Shown in pieces: positions 46,977 to 56,835 of a DNA stretch of 64,000 nt. Numbering within the stretch: the stretch's first letter is position 1; every line of letters begins with the position of its first letter. The DNA is from an uncultured Chloroflexia bacterium (GTDB lineage: Bacteria; Chloroflexota; Limnocylindria; Limnocylindrales; CSP1-4): contig CAVVJT010000007.1 in NCBI GenBank assembly GCA_963748625.1, forward strand, positions 256,001-320,000. The letters run 5' to 3'. Position numbers and translations under genes: made by a program. Under the pieces are notes generated by a model. The model was given only the letters and a program-made list of their open reading frames with translations, ran no database searches and had not been told where the DNA came from.

Positions 46977-48505
46977 GCGGCAACCACCCGGTCGCGACCG
47001 CCCCGCTTGGCGCGGTAGAGGGCGCGGTCCGCATCGTCGATGACCACCTCGAGCGGAATGTCCGGCTCCTCGGCCACCGCCACGCCCACCGACACGCTGA
47101 CCCCGGGCACGCCCATCCGGCGCAGGTCCAGGGCGCCGACCGCACGCCGGACGCGCTCGCCCACCTCCACGGCGACCTCGGGTGACGGGTTCCGCAGCAG
47201 CACCGCGAACTCCTCGCCGCCGAAGCGCGCAGGGATGTCGTCGTCACGGACAGCCCCGGCGATGGCGCCGGCGACCTCGCGCAGCACGTGATCGCCCACC
47301 CCGTGCCCGAAGGTGTCGTTCAGCACCTTGAACCGGTCGATGTCGACCATCAGCACGCCCACCCGGTCCTCGGCGCGCCGGCGCCGGGCAAGGAGCCCCA
47401 CGTACTCGTCGAAGTAGCGGCGGTTGGGCAGGCCGGTGAGTGCGTCCGTGGTGGCGCGGGCCTCGGCGTCGCGAAGCGAGTAGACGCGGGCGAGCGCGGC
47501 CGACGCCTCGATCGCCGCGGCCTGCAGGAACCTGCCGGCGCTCTCGGGCCACTCGGCGCCACCGCGGCGGGCAAGGACGATCGCGCCCTCCACGCGGCCG
47601 TTGACCCGGAGCGGCGCCGCGCGGGTGTTGGACAGGCCGTACGTGTCCCGCACGCGGGACGCCAGGCGTTCCGCGATCCGCTGGTCGGCGCCCTCCCCGG
47701 CCGGCGCAGCGTGGGCCTGGCGCCGTCCCCGCGTCGCAATGTGCGGCGGCACTGGCCGGCCATCGCGGTCGCCACCGCCGGCACCGCCCATGACGCCCAC
47801 GGGCACCGCGGCCCGGGCATCGCTCCAGCTCCGGCCAAGCAGCAGCGGCGCGAGCTGCGGATCACCGGCGGGGTCGGGCTCGATGGCGACGGCGGTGAGG
47901 CGGCGCCCGCGCGAGGCCGCGATGGAGAGCTCGGTGACAGCCGCGTCCTGCGCCGGGTCCTCAAGCTCGCGCAGGGGCATCGTCGTGCGCGACGCCGCAG
48001 CCCCCGAACGCGTGGGCGACAGGACGGCCTCCAGCAGGCGGGCGTCGGGACGACGCCGGACAACGGCCACGTAGTCCGCACCGGTGCCCTCACCCACCTC
48101 TTCCACGATGGCGTCCACGATGGCGTCAGGCGAGACCGAGCGGGAGAGGCCGCGGAGGATTCGTGCGAACGATTCCGCCTCGCCGCGTCGGGCGCCCTCG
48201 AGGGCCTCGGTCGACGCCCGATCCCGCACGAGGGCGACGGAGATGCCTGCCACGAGCAGCACGACCAGCAGGTCGAGCAACGAGGGCTCCAGCACCAGGC
48301 GCACGCCCACGAGGATTCCGAGCAGGAGGAAGGCGGCAAGGATGGGTCGTCGCGGCAGACCCCGCAGCACCCCGCGGAGGCCGCCCTGCAGTTCGTGTGC
48401 CCAGTCGGTCCTCACCCTGGATAGGAAGGATGGGGCAAGGGGTACGCAAGGGCAACCACGCCGACCCGTACTGTCGGCGGACGGGTCCTGGTACTTCCGT
48501 ACCAC
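46973..48505 (-). CDS. Membrane-anchored GAF-GGDEF diguanylate cyclase (start uncertain)
   Basis: 2 TM, GAF-like region, TDALTGLPNRR, DIDRFKVLND, RDDD I-site, RFGGEEF. Confidence 0.92.
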   Translation of the reverse strand: MVRKYQDPSADSTGRRGCPCVPLAPSFLSRVRTDWAHELQGGLRGVLRGLPRRPILAAFLLLGILVGVRLVLEPSLLDLLVVLLVAGISVALVRDRASTEALEGARRGEAESFARILRGLSRSVSPDAIVDAIVEEVGEGTGADYVAVVRRRPDARLLEAVLSPTRSGAAASRTTMPLRELEDPAQDAAVTELSIAASRGRRLTAVAIEPDPAGDPQLAPLLLGRSWSDARAAVPVGVMGGAGGGDRDGRPVPPHIATRGRRQAHAAPAGEGADQRIAERLASRVRDTYGLSNTRAAPLRVNGRVEGAIVLARRGGAEWPESAGRFLQAAAIEASAALARVYSLRDAEARATTDALTGLPNRRYFDEYVGLLARRRRAEDRVGVLMVDIDRFKVLNDTFGHGVGDHVLREVAGAIAGAVRDDDIPARFGGEEFAVLLRNPSPEVAVEVGERVRRAVGALDLRRMGVPGVSVSVGVAVAEEPDIPLEVVIDDADRALYRAKRGGRDRVVAA

Positions 48506-48512
48506 CGCGTCG

Positions 48513-50336
48513 TCAGGACAGGGCGCTGCCCCTCCTGCCGCCGACCGGAAGCGCGTCGAGGAAGGTGCCCGTCGGCTGCCGCAGACCCGCCTGGACGACG
48601 TTGCCGCCTGCCGCCTTGGCGTCGTACAGACCCCGGTCGGCGATGGCGATCAGCTCCGTGGCGGTGCGTCCGTCGTGGGGGTGCGTGGCCACGCCGACAG
48701 AGGCCGTGATCGGGATCTCGCCCCGCCGCTCGGCGACGAACGGCGTCTCGCGGAAGGCCGCAACGATGCGCTCGGCGACGACGGCGGCGTCGGCGGTGTC
48801 GGTCTCGGGCAGGATCACCGCGAACTCGTCGCCCCCGTAGCGGGCCGCCACGTCGGATGCGCGCAGCGTGGAGCGGATGAGGTCCGCCACGTGGACGAGC
48901 ACGCGGTCGCCGAAGACATGGCCGAACGTGTCGTTGACCAGCTTGAAGTCGTCGAGGTCCAGCATGATCACGCTCAGCTGGCGGCGGGTGCGGACCGCAC
49001 GGACCACCTCCTCGGCCAGGCGCTCGTGCAGGTAGCGGTGGTTGAAGAAGCCGGTCAGCTGGTCGCGGTCCGCGAGGTTGCGCGCCGTCTCGTAGAGGCG
49101 GGCGTTCTCGAGCGCCATCGCCCCCTCGTGGGCCATCGTCCGGGCAAGGGTGATCCGCGCCACGTCCTCGGTGGGGTGGTCGAGGAAGCTGAGCTCCACC
49201 AGGCCGATGGCCTCGTCCTTGGCAACCAGGGGCAGCATGATCAGGCCGCGGGTCCCCTCCTCGCGCAGGAGGGCCACCTCGGCCTTGTCGGCATCGGGAT
49301 CGTCCGCGTCCACGACCTCCAGGCAGCGCTCGCGCAGGACGCGCCGGGTCAGGGGGTACCCGTCGAGCGGATAGTAGTCGTCCACCCGGTCGCGCAGCTC
49401 CAGCGGATGGCAGCCGAGGGTCCGGAGACGGTCGTGCGCTGCATCCCAGTCGCTGACCTGCGCGCGTTCGGCGCCGACGGCCCTGGCGAGGTGCTCGGCG
49501 AGCAGGTTGGCGACGGCATGCGGGTCGAGCGAGCGCGAGAGGGCGCTGCTCATCTCCAGCAGCCGGCGCAGCTCGGTCGCCAGGTGCTGCGCCTCGGCGA
49601 GGTGCGAGGCACTGGTGAATGCCGTGGCCGCCTGGTCCGCGAGGATGGACAGGAGTCGCACGTCCTCCGTGTCGAACTGGTGGAGGCCCAGCTTGGACAG
49701 CGTGATGACGCCCACCAGGACGTCGTCGTACACCATCGGCACGACCACCATCGACTCGTCGATGTCGTCCGTGCCCGGGATCGTCATCCCGCGCGGGTCG
49801 GCAAGGACGTCGTCCACGCAGAGTGGCGTCCGATGCTCGGCAACCCAGCCGGTGAAGCCCTCCCCCATCTTCGTCCGCAGGATGTCCAGGTCCACCTTCT
49901 CGTACGCCCCGACGCGTCCCTCGAACGCGACAGGCACGAGGTCATCGGGTGGCTCGAACAGGTAGACGCGGGCGTTGTGGTAATCCACGACCCGCCCGAC
50001 CTCCTCGACGACGGCCCGCCCGACGTCCTGCGGCGCAAGGCTCGCGCTCATGCGCTTGGCCGCATGCTGGAGAACGCCGAGCTGCTCCGTGCGTCGCTTC
50101 TCCACCAGGTGCGCTCGGCCCACGAGGATGCTCGAGATGAGGAGGATCCCGGCGGCGGTCAGGGTCCCGATGAGCGCGAGATCCTCGAACGGGTGGTCGC
50201 CCCCGTGCGCCACCCAGGCCACGATCCCGGCAAGCATGACGACCGCGCCCACGGCGAAGGCGACCGAGTGCATGCGCCCCGACAGCACGCTGCGCCGGGG
50301 CAGGACACGGGCCTGGACATGGGCTTGCGTCGACAT
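48513..50336 (-). CDS. Membrane-anchored GAF-GAF-GGDEF diguanylate cyclase
   Basis: 2 TM, two GAF domains (GEGFTGWVA), DQLTGFFN, DLDDFKLVND, RASD I-site, RYGGDEF. Confidence 0.93.
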   Translation of the reverse strand: MSTQAHVQARVLPRRSVLSGRMHSVAFAVGAVVMLAGIVAWVAHGGDHPFEDLALIGTLTAAGILLISSILVGRAHLVEKRRTEQLGVLQHAAKRMSASLAPQDVGRAVVEEVGRVVDYHNARVYLFEPPDDLVPVAFEGRVGAYEKVDLDILRTKMGEGFTGWVAEHRTPLCVDDVLADPRGMTIPGTDDIDESMVVVPMVYDDVLVGVITLSKLGLHQFDTEDVRLLSILADQAATAFTSASHLAEAQHLATELRRLLEMSSALSRSLDPHAVANLLAEHLARAVGAERAQVSDWDAAHDRLRTLGCHPLELRDRVDDYYPLDGYPLTRRVLRERCLEVVDADDPDADKAEVALLREEGTRGLIMLPLVAKDEAIGLVELSFLDHPTEDVARITLARTMAHEGAMALENARLYETARNLADRDQLTGFFNHRYLHERLAEEVVRAVRTRRQLSVIMLDLDDFKLVNDTFGHVFGDRVLVHVADLIRSTLRASDVAARYGGDEFAVILPETDTADAAVVAERIVAAFRETPFVAERRGEIPITASVGVATHPHDGRTATELIAIADRGLYDAKAAGGNVVQAGLRQPTGTFLDALPVGGRRGSALS

Positions 50337-50469
50337 CCGGTGAAGCGTGGCACCACGGGGTCCGGTGCGGCACCACCCGGAAGTACCGGTGGGGGCCCGG
50401 CACTTCCCAGATCGCTCCCGACCGCACCCTCGGGGTGCCCGTTCGCCCGGTGATAGCCTGCAGGCGGCG

Positions 50470-51942
50470 ATGAGCACCGGGCTCGGGCCCGGGATGCCGG
50501 AGGAGACAGACGTGCAGAAGGGCGGGCGTCGGTCGCCGGTGCCGACAGACGCACCCGTCGTCGACAACGGGGCCCGTCCGGGCGGCGTGGGGTGGACCGT
50601 TGCTGCCGTGCTGCTCCCGGCCCTCGTGGTCGCGCTGCTCGCCGGGTACCACCTCGGCCACCAGAGCTACTGGCTGGACGAGGCGCTCACCGTCGACTGG
50701 ATCATGCGGTCGCCGACCGAGATGCTCGCGGTCATCTTCGACCGCGAGGCCAACATGGCCGGCTACTACCTGCCGCTGTCGGCCTGGGTGGCGCTCGGCT
50801 CCGGTGCCGAGACGTGGGTCCGGCTGCCATCCCTCATCGCGGCCGCCGCCGCATCCAGCCTGGTGGTCCTGCTGGGCCGACGGCTGTTCGACCTGCGCAT
50901 AGGGTTCATCGCGGGAATCCTCCTCGCGTGCAATCCGATGATGCTGGAGCATGCACGTGACGCCCGGTCGTATGCCTTCGTCGCGCTTGTCGCCATCGCG
51001 GCCGCGCTCGCGCTCGCGAGGGCGATGGACAGGCCGACAACAGCCCGCTGGCTGGCCTACGGCGTGGTCGCGGGCGTCGGGCTGTGGCTGCACTTCCTCT
51101 TCGCGCTGCTCCTGGTCGCGCACGGGCTCACCGTCATGCTCCGCGGTCGGTCGGGCCTCGTTCGGAGTGCCTGGCCCGCCCTTGTGCCACTCGTCGCGAT
51201 CGGGGCCCCCGTCCTGGCGTTCGGGGCGGCAGGGGCGAGCAACCAGGTTGACTGGATCGAGCCGCTGAGCGCTGCCAAGGCGACGCGCGAGCTCGCGGCG
51301 CTGGCGGGCGGACCGGCGCTCGCGGTCGCGGGCATGCTTGCGATCCTGGTGGTGCTGCGTCGCTGGCGGGAGCCCTCGGTGCGCCTCACCCTCCTATGGC
51401 TCGTGGTGCCGGTCGTGCTGCTCTGCGCGCTCTCCGTGGTCAAGCCACTGCTGATGGCCCGCTACCTGATCGTCGTGGTCCCCGCCCTCTGCCTGCTGTT
51501 CGCCGTGGCGGCGGTCGCCTTGGGGCACAGGCGGCCGGTGGTGACGGTCGGACTGACCGCCGTCCTCGTCCTGGCGTCCGTTCCCGGGGTCCTGGATGTG
51601 CACACGGAGCGGCGGGATGACTGGCGGCACGCGTCCGGCTGGATGCGCGACAAGGCCCAGCCGGGCGACCAGCTCGTCGTCATCGGCCAGCGCCGCCTTC
51701 GCTCGCAGACCCTGCTCGACGGCTACTGGAAACGTGCCGGTGGCCCCCCGCTCGTCCTCGTCGACCGCGAGGACCCCGCCTCGCTTGCTCCGGTGCGTAC
51801 CTGGGTCGTGCTGAACCACGCACCTTGGGCGTGGACGAAGCCCGTGATCGAGCGGCTGGAGGCGACTGGTTCCCTCCGCCGGAGCGGGCAGTTCCCGGGG
51901 ATCGACGTCTTCCTGTACGAGCCCGACCCGATCGCCCCCTGA
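50470..51942 (+). CDS. GT-C fold membrane glycosyltransferase (GT39/PMT-like)
   Basis: SYWLDEA, RLPS, ARSYA, RYL, DDWR; multi-TM. Confidence 0.85.
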   Translation: MSTGLGPGMPEETDVQKGGRRSPVPTDAPVVDNGARPGGVGWTVAAVLLPALVVALLAGYHLGHQSYWLDEALTVDWIMRSPTEMLAVIFDREANMAGYYLPLSAWVALGSGAETWVRLPSLIAAAAASSLVVLLGRRLFDLRIGFIAGILLACNPMMLEHARDARSYAFVALVAIAAALALARAMDRPTTARWLAYGVVAGVGLWLHFLFALLLVAHGLTVMLRGRSGLVRSAWPALVPLVAIGAPVLAFGAAGASNQVDWIEPLSAAKATRELAALAGGPALAVAGMLAILVVLRRWREPSVRLTLLWLVVPVVLLCALSVVKPLLMARYLIVVVPALCLLFAVAAVALGHRRPVVTVGLTAVLVLASVPGVLDVHTERRDDWRHASGWMRDKAQPGDQLVVIGQRRLRSQTLLDGYWKRAGGPPLVLVDREDPASLAPVRTWVVLNHAPWAWTKPVIERLEATGSLRRSGQFPGIDVFLYEPDPIAP

Positions 51943-51997
51943 TGGCCGGGGCGTCGTTCGCCGCAGTCGGCTGGGCCGGATCGTGGGTCCTCCGCCG

Positions 51998-53221
51998 TCA
52001 GCCGGCAGCCTGGGCCTTGTACGTCACCTTGGCGCCCGTGGGCACGACCTGGATGAAGATCCGGCCTCGGACGAGGCTGATCTCCTTGCCGTCGGCATCG
52101 TAGAAGCGGGTCAGCGTGTGGCGCCCCAGCTTCTGCCAAGTCGCCTTGATCACGTGACCGTCCCGGAAGACCAGTGCCTTGCCAGAGCCGATGTGCCCGA
52201 GCAGCGGCCGATTGTGGTGGGCCTCGGATTCCGGATCCACGGAGACCTTCACCCACTGCACGATCACGTTCCGCGCGGTGACCTGCTTGCCGGTCGCAGC
52301 GTCGATCTGCCGCTTCCCGGAAACGGACCGGAGGTACTCGTTGCCTGCCGCGTCGTAGGTGTAGGACGTCGCCCCCCGGTTGTACGGGATGCGGATCGAG
52401 CCGGTCGTGGGGCGCTTGGCGGCGGGCAGGTCGTCGGAGAACGGACGCACCCCGAGACCATCGACCATCGTCGTCTGGTCGTACTCCCTGCCGGCGCGCC
52501 TGCGGACCGCGGAGGAGCTCGTCACGGCGTTGTGCGGCGCCACCCTCGACGTGTCCCGGTGGAACGCGGGGGCGCTCCCGTACATGGCGTCGATGTCGTA
52601 GATGTACTCGTCGTCGATGAGCGGGAGGTACGCGAGCGTCTTCGCGTCGCCGCCGTAATGCGCGAACGCGGAGCGGTACTCGCTTGCCCAGTTCACGAAG
52701 TACGGGCGCCCGCTGCGCACCGGCTCCACGCGCTTCGCCTCCTGCTCCTGGAACACCATCATGTACCGCGACTCGCCACCGTCCGCAGGGGCCTGGTACA
52801 CGATGGAGGCCGAGTTGAAGCCGTACTGGGGCCGCGCCTGGACGTTGTCATCGACCATGACGGCGACAGGGAGCCGGTCGCGTTTGCCAGCCACCGCGAG
52901 CACGCCGTCGAGCGGTGCGTAGTCGGCGCCGGGATCCAGCGTCGCCCCGGGGTCAGACGGCTCAGGCGCGAGGGACGCCGCCACGCTGGCGGATGCCGAT
53001 GGGCTGGGGGACGGCAGAGGGTCCGGTGAGGCCGACGGTGATGGCGAGGCCACCTGCGCGACGCTGGGCGCTGGCGTGCCGGAGGCAGGGAGCGAGGTCG
53101 GGGGCGGCGTGGGGCTGGTCGGCGAGCATGCGCCCAGGACCAGCAGCAGGCTCAGCGCAACCAGCGCAACCAGCGCGGGACGCGCGGCATTCAGGTGCAT
53201 CGTGGCGACCATCGGCTCCAT
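51998..53221 (-). CDS. DUF3048 family lipoprotein
   Basis: Lipobox VLGAC, Pro/Ser linker, PVAVMVDD, ARPQYG, PVRSGR, HYGG, APHN; start approximate. Confidence 0.85.
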   Translation of the reverse strand: MEPMVATMHLNAARPALVALVALSLLLVLGACSPTSPTPPPTSLPASGTPAPSVAQVASPSPSASPDPLPSPSPSASASVAASLAPEPSDPGATLDPGADYAPLDGVLAVAGKRDRLPVAVMVDDNVQARPQYGFNSASIVYQAPADGGESRYMMVFQEQEAKRVEPVRSGRPYFVNWASEYRSAFAHYGGDAKTLAYLPLIDDEYIYDIDAMYGSAPAFHRDTSRVAPHNAVTSSSAVRRRAGREYDQTTMVDGLGVRPFSDDLPAAKRPTTGSIRIPYNRGATSYTYDAAGNEYLRSVSGKRQIDAATGKQVTARNVIVQWVKVSVDPESEAHHNRPLLGHIGSGKALVFRDGHVIKATWQKLGRHTLTRFYDADGKEISLVRGRIFIQVVPTGAKVTYKAQAAG

Positions 53222-53305
53222 TCCCCGGGTTGCGCCAGCTGGCGTTCAGAACCCAAGGTACCTCGCCACGTGCATGCGCGACCGACCCGGCCCCTCCCGG
53301 CCGGG

Positions 53306-54628
53306 CTAGCGCTTGAGGCGTCCCCAGCCAACAGCCCAGGCTCGAGACAGCTGGCGCACATCCTCGGAGCGCGGGGCCAGGTCCCCCCAGCTGAACGCTC
53401 CAATCCGGATCTCCGCCGTGAGCAGGGCTGCACAGGTCAACACGTATGAGGTCGCAGTGGCGATCGCCGCACCAAGCGCACCCAACGACGGAATGAGCAC
53501 GAAGCTGAGGCCGAGATTGACCACGAGCACCGTCGACGCGACGGCGGTCGTGATCCCCAGCCGGTTCCGACGAGCGAGGTCGGCCATGGCGAGGCGGGCG
53601 ATGGTCAGCGCCAGAGTGGCGGGGAGGAGCACCAGGAACGGCGCGACCGACGCGGTGAACTCCGGTCCGTACAGGGCCGGGATCGCGAAGGGCGCGACAA
53701 CGCCCGCGACAAGGGTCAGCAGCCCGGCCAGCAGCAGGGTCTCGCGGATGAGGCGCGCCGTGGTTCCGCCACGCCGGACGTCATCGGATGCCATCCCCGA
53801 AGCGAGGATCACGGCGCCGGCGGCCGACGAGATGGCGAGCAGGGGCTCCGCTGTCTGGTAGGCGACCACATACACGCCGACCGCCGCAGCCGGGGCCAGC
53901 ACACCGATCATCAGCACGGCAGCACGCTGTTGTGCCAGTTGGGCCAGCTCACCAGGGTAGTTACGGACGCCCTGTCGGAGTGTGTTGACACCGAGCCCGA
54001 GATCTGGCGCCACCGCGGAGGTGCGGCGCACGTTCATGACAGCCATGCCGATTGCCGGCAGCCATGCTGCAAGCGCGAAGATCCACAGCGCCTGACCCAG
54101 TGTCCCCCTCATCGCCCACAGGCCGATGTAGCCGACCGCAGCGACGAGGTAGGGGAGGAAGGCGAGGACCGCCCCATGGACCGCACGGCCAAGGGCGAGT
54201 GAGAGCTGGATCAGGTGCGCGTTGAGCACGAAGCCAGCCGCACCAACGGCCATGATCCAGGGCCAGCCGGCGATGTCCTGGAGCGGTAGCGGGACAAGGC
54301 CGACCGCAGCGAGCAGCATGCCGATGGCCCCTGCCGCGATCCCAGCCACGACCGAGTGGAGGCTGCCGTTGGCGGCCAGCCTGGACACGGGGGTTGCCCG
54401 GTGCGTGGCCAGCACATAGCCCCCTACCGGGATCCCGAACGCGAGCGCGGTCGACAGGATGGTGATCACTGCCACCGCCCACCCGTGGGCGCCCCGATCC
54501 TCCGCGCCGAGGAGCCTCGTGAGGGCGATCGACCCGGCGAAGACCACGCCCATCGACGCCAGCCGCGCGACGAGGACCGTGGCGGTCACCCTGCTCGCGT
54601 CGCGAGGCTCCACGTCCCGGGCACTCAC
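53306..54628 (-). CDS. Polysaccharide flippase (Wzx/MOP family)
   Basis: TRLLGAEDRG, AVGVYVVA, LYGPEF, LIPSLGALGAAIAT. Confidence 0.85.
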   Translation of the reverse strand: MSARDVEPRDASRVTATVLVARLASMGVVFAGSIALTRLLGAEDRGAHGWAVAVITILSTALAFGIPVGGYVLATHRATPVSRLAANGSLHSVVAGIAAGAIGMLLAAVGLVPLPLQDIAGWPWIMAVGAAGFVLNAHLIQLSLALGRAVHGAVLAFLPYLVAAVGYIGLWAMRGTLGQALWIFALAAWLPAIGMAVMNVRRTSAVAPDLGLGVNTLRQGVRNYPGELAQLAQQRAAVLMIGVLAPAAAVGVYVVAYQTAEPLLAISSAAGAVILASGMASDDVRRGGTTARLIRETLLLAGLLTLVAGVVAPFAIPALYGPEFTASVAPFLVLLPATLALTIARLAMADLARRNRLGITTAVASTVLVVNLGLSFVLIPSLGALGAAIATATSYVLTCAALLTAEIRIGAFSWGDLAPRSEDVRQLSRAWAVGWGRLKR

Positions 54629-54699
54629 CGCACGTTCCCGCCGGTGACGGGGTGCTGTCGAACCAGCCCTCGTGCGGAGCGCCGGATACCATGCCGGCT

Positions 54700-55515
54700 A
54701 TGAGTCACCGCAGGCCGACGGTCAGCCTCGTCACCCCGTCCTTCAACCAGCGTCCCTATCTCGAGCAGGCGATCCGCTCGGTGCTGGAGCAGGACGAACC
54801 TCCCATCGAGTACTTCGTCCATGACGGGGGATCCAGCGATGGCAGCTCGGAGATCATCGAGAGGTTTGCCGATCGGCTGACAGGCTGGTACAGCCGCCCC
54901 GACGGGGGGCAGTCCTCTGCCATCAACGAGGGCTGGCGCAAGGCCAGCGGCGACCTTGTCGGCTGGCTCAACTCCGACGACTTCCTGCTGCCGGGAGCAC
55001 TCCGAACCGTCGCGGACGTGTTCGAATCCAGGCCCGAGACCGACCTGGTGTACGGACAGGTGCAGCTTGTGGACGGAGCCGGGTCCGGGATCGGCCTCAT
55101 CGGCGAGCCCTTCAGCCGGCGCACGCTCATCCTCTCGCGCTGTGTCATTCCACAGCCGGCTGCCTTCCTGCGGCGCCGCCTCCTCGCGGACATCGGGCTC
55201 CTGGACGAGGATCTGCATTACACGATGGACCTGGACCTGTGGCTGCGCGTGGCGGAGCGGTCGCGCCCGCTGTTTCTGCGTGCCCCGCTTGCCGGTGCGA
55301 CGGTCCACCCGGATGCCAAGACAACACGTGCACGGTCTCCGATGGCGCGGGAGCGCCAACGGGTGCGCGCCGGGTACGCTCGGGGCCCGGAGCGCATTGT
55401 GGTCAGGCTCCAGCCCATCGCATCGCAGGCCTACCATCGCGCGCCGGAACCCGTGCGGGAGCTCATCGAACGGAGCCGGCCCAAGCGGCTGCGAGCGGAT
55501 CGCCCGAACGGGTGA
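54700..55515 (+). CDS. Glycosyltransferase family 2
   Basis: VSLVTPSFNQ, DGGSSDGS, GQSSAINEG, WLNSDD, QPA, MDLDLWLR. Confidence 0.93.
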   Translation: MSHRRPTVSLVTPSFNQRPYLEQAIRSVLEQDEPPIEYFVHDGGSSDGSSEIIERFADRLTGWYSRPDGGQSSAINEGWRKASGDLVGWLNSDDFLLPGALRTVADVFESRPETDLVYGQVQLVDGAGSGIGLIGEPFSRRTLILSRCVIPQPAAFLRRRLLADIGLLDEDLHYTMDLDLWLRVAERSRPLFLRAPLAGATVHPDAKTTRARSPMARERQRVRAGYARGPERIVVRLQPIASQAYHRAPEPVRELIERSRPKRLRADRPNG

Positions 55516-55548
55516 CATCCGACGGGGGTGACGAGCGCCCGTAGCACG

Positions 55549-56835
55549 TCATGACCCGGCGGCATCGCCTGGCGGCGTCCCTGCTTCCGGATAGCGGTCT
55601 GCCACGAGGCGCCGGTACGCCGCACGCAGCCTGGTCTCCGACAGCTCCCACGCCACGCCCAGCTCGTCGAACCGAGCCGCCGCCCTGATCGCGGCCGCCT
55701 CGACGAGGTCCGGCCGCTCAGCGCAGATCTCGAGTTGGTACGAGAGTGCCTCGGCGGTCGGGTTGGCCACGATCCAGCCGGCGTCCCCGATCATCCGCCG
55801 GGTGTCATCCAGGTCGAAAGTGATCACGGGGCGCCCGATGGCGAGGTACTCCACGACCTTGGTCATGGTGGACACGTTGTTGAACGGCGTCGGAGGATCT
55901 GGCGAGATGCAGACGTGCGTCGAGGCCAGGAGCGGTACGAACTCCTCGGCACCGCGATAGCCGTGGAAGGTCACCACATCCCTGAGCCCGGCAGCATCGG
56001 CGCGGGCCTCGAGGGAGTGCCGGGCCTCGCCGTCCCCAACCAGGTCGACGTGCAGGTCCAAGTCCGGTCGCCGGCCAACGAGCGCAGCAACCGCGTCGAT
56101 GAGCGTCTCCACGCCGTCCTGGCTGCCCATGACGCCGAGATACCCCACGCGGAACGGCGCCGCGCCTGGAGATCGCCCGGCCGCCAGCGCGCGGAACCCT
56201 GCGGCGGGAGCGTTGCGCACGACCTCGATCCGATCCTCACTCACCCGGCCGCGACTGCGGGCCAGGTTCGCGTAGGTGTCGTTGGGCACGATCACCAGGT
56301 CGGCGGTGGCGTAGGATCGTGCCTCCAGCCACGTGGTGAAGCGCACCAGCCATCTGCCAATGCGCCGGTCGCCCCACTTTGCCGCCGCGAGCTCCGGGTT
56401 GGCATCATGCTGGTCGTAGACGTACTTGACGCCCCAGGGGCGGGCGATGCGCGCAAGGAGGAAGAACAGGTCCGGTGGGTTGCAGCCGTGGATGACATCG
56501 ATCCGGTGTGCCAGCCCGCACGCTGCAAGCCACGCAGCCGTGGCAGCCAGCGATGGGATGTACTCCAGGAGATAGCCCGCGACGCCGCTCGCAGCGCGCT
56601 GCGGATACCGCAGGATCCGCACGCCATCGCGCCATTCGGTCAGCGCCCGCGTGCTCGCATCGCGTCCACGGGGGCAGATGACCGTCACCCGCCAGCCATC
56701 ACCTGCCAGGGACGTCGCCTCGAGCCACACGCGGCGGTCCAGCGGCACCGGGAGGTTCTCATCCAGGATCGCGACATGCGGGCGGCCGCGACGTGAGGCG
56801 TCCCCGGATCCTCGTGATCTCCAATCTCTACCCAA
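55549..56835 (-). CDS. Glycosyltransferase family 4 (start uncertain)
   Basis: ENLPVPLDRRVWLEA, HGCNPPD, YDQHD, GVMGSQDG, STMTKVVEY. Confidence 0.9.
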   Translation of the reverse strand: MGRDWRSRGSGDASRRGRPHVAILDENLPVPLDRRVWLEATSLAGDGWRVTVICPRGRDASTRALTEWRDGVRILRYPQRAASGVAGYLLEYIPSLAATAAWLAACGLAHRIDVIHGCNPPDLFFLLARIARPWGVKYVYDQHDANPELAAAKWGDRRIGRWLVRFTTWLEARSYATADLVIVPNDTYANLARSRGRVSEDRIEVVRNAPAAGFRALAAGRSPGAAPFRVGYLGVMGSQDGVETLIDAVAALVGRRPDLDLHVDLVGDGEARHSLEARADAAGLRDVVTFHGYRGAEEFVPLLASTHVCISPDPPTPFNNVSTMTKVVEYLAIGRPVITFDLDDTRRMIGDAGWIVANPTAEALSYQLEICAERPDLVEAAAIRAAARFDELGVAWELSETRLRAAYRRLVADRYPEAGTPPGDAAGS

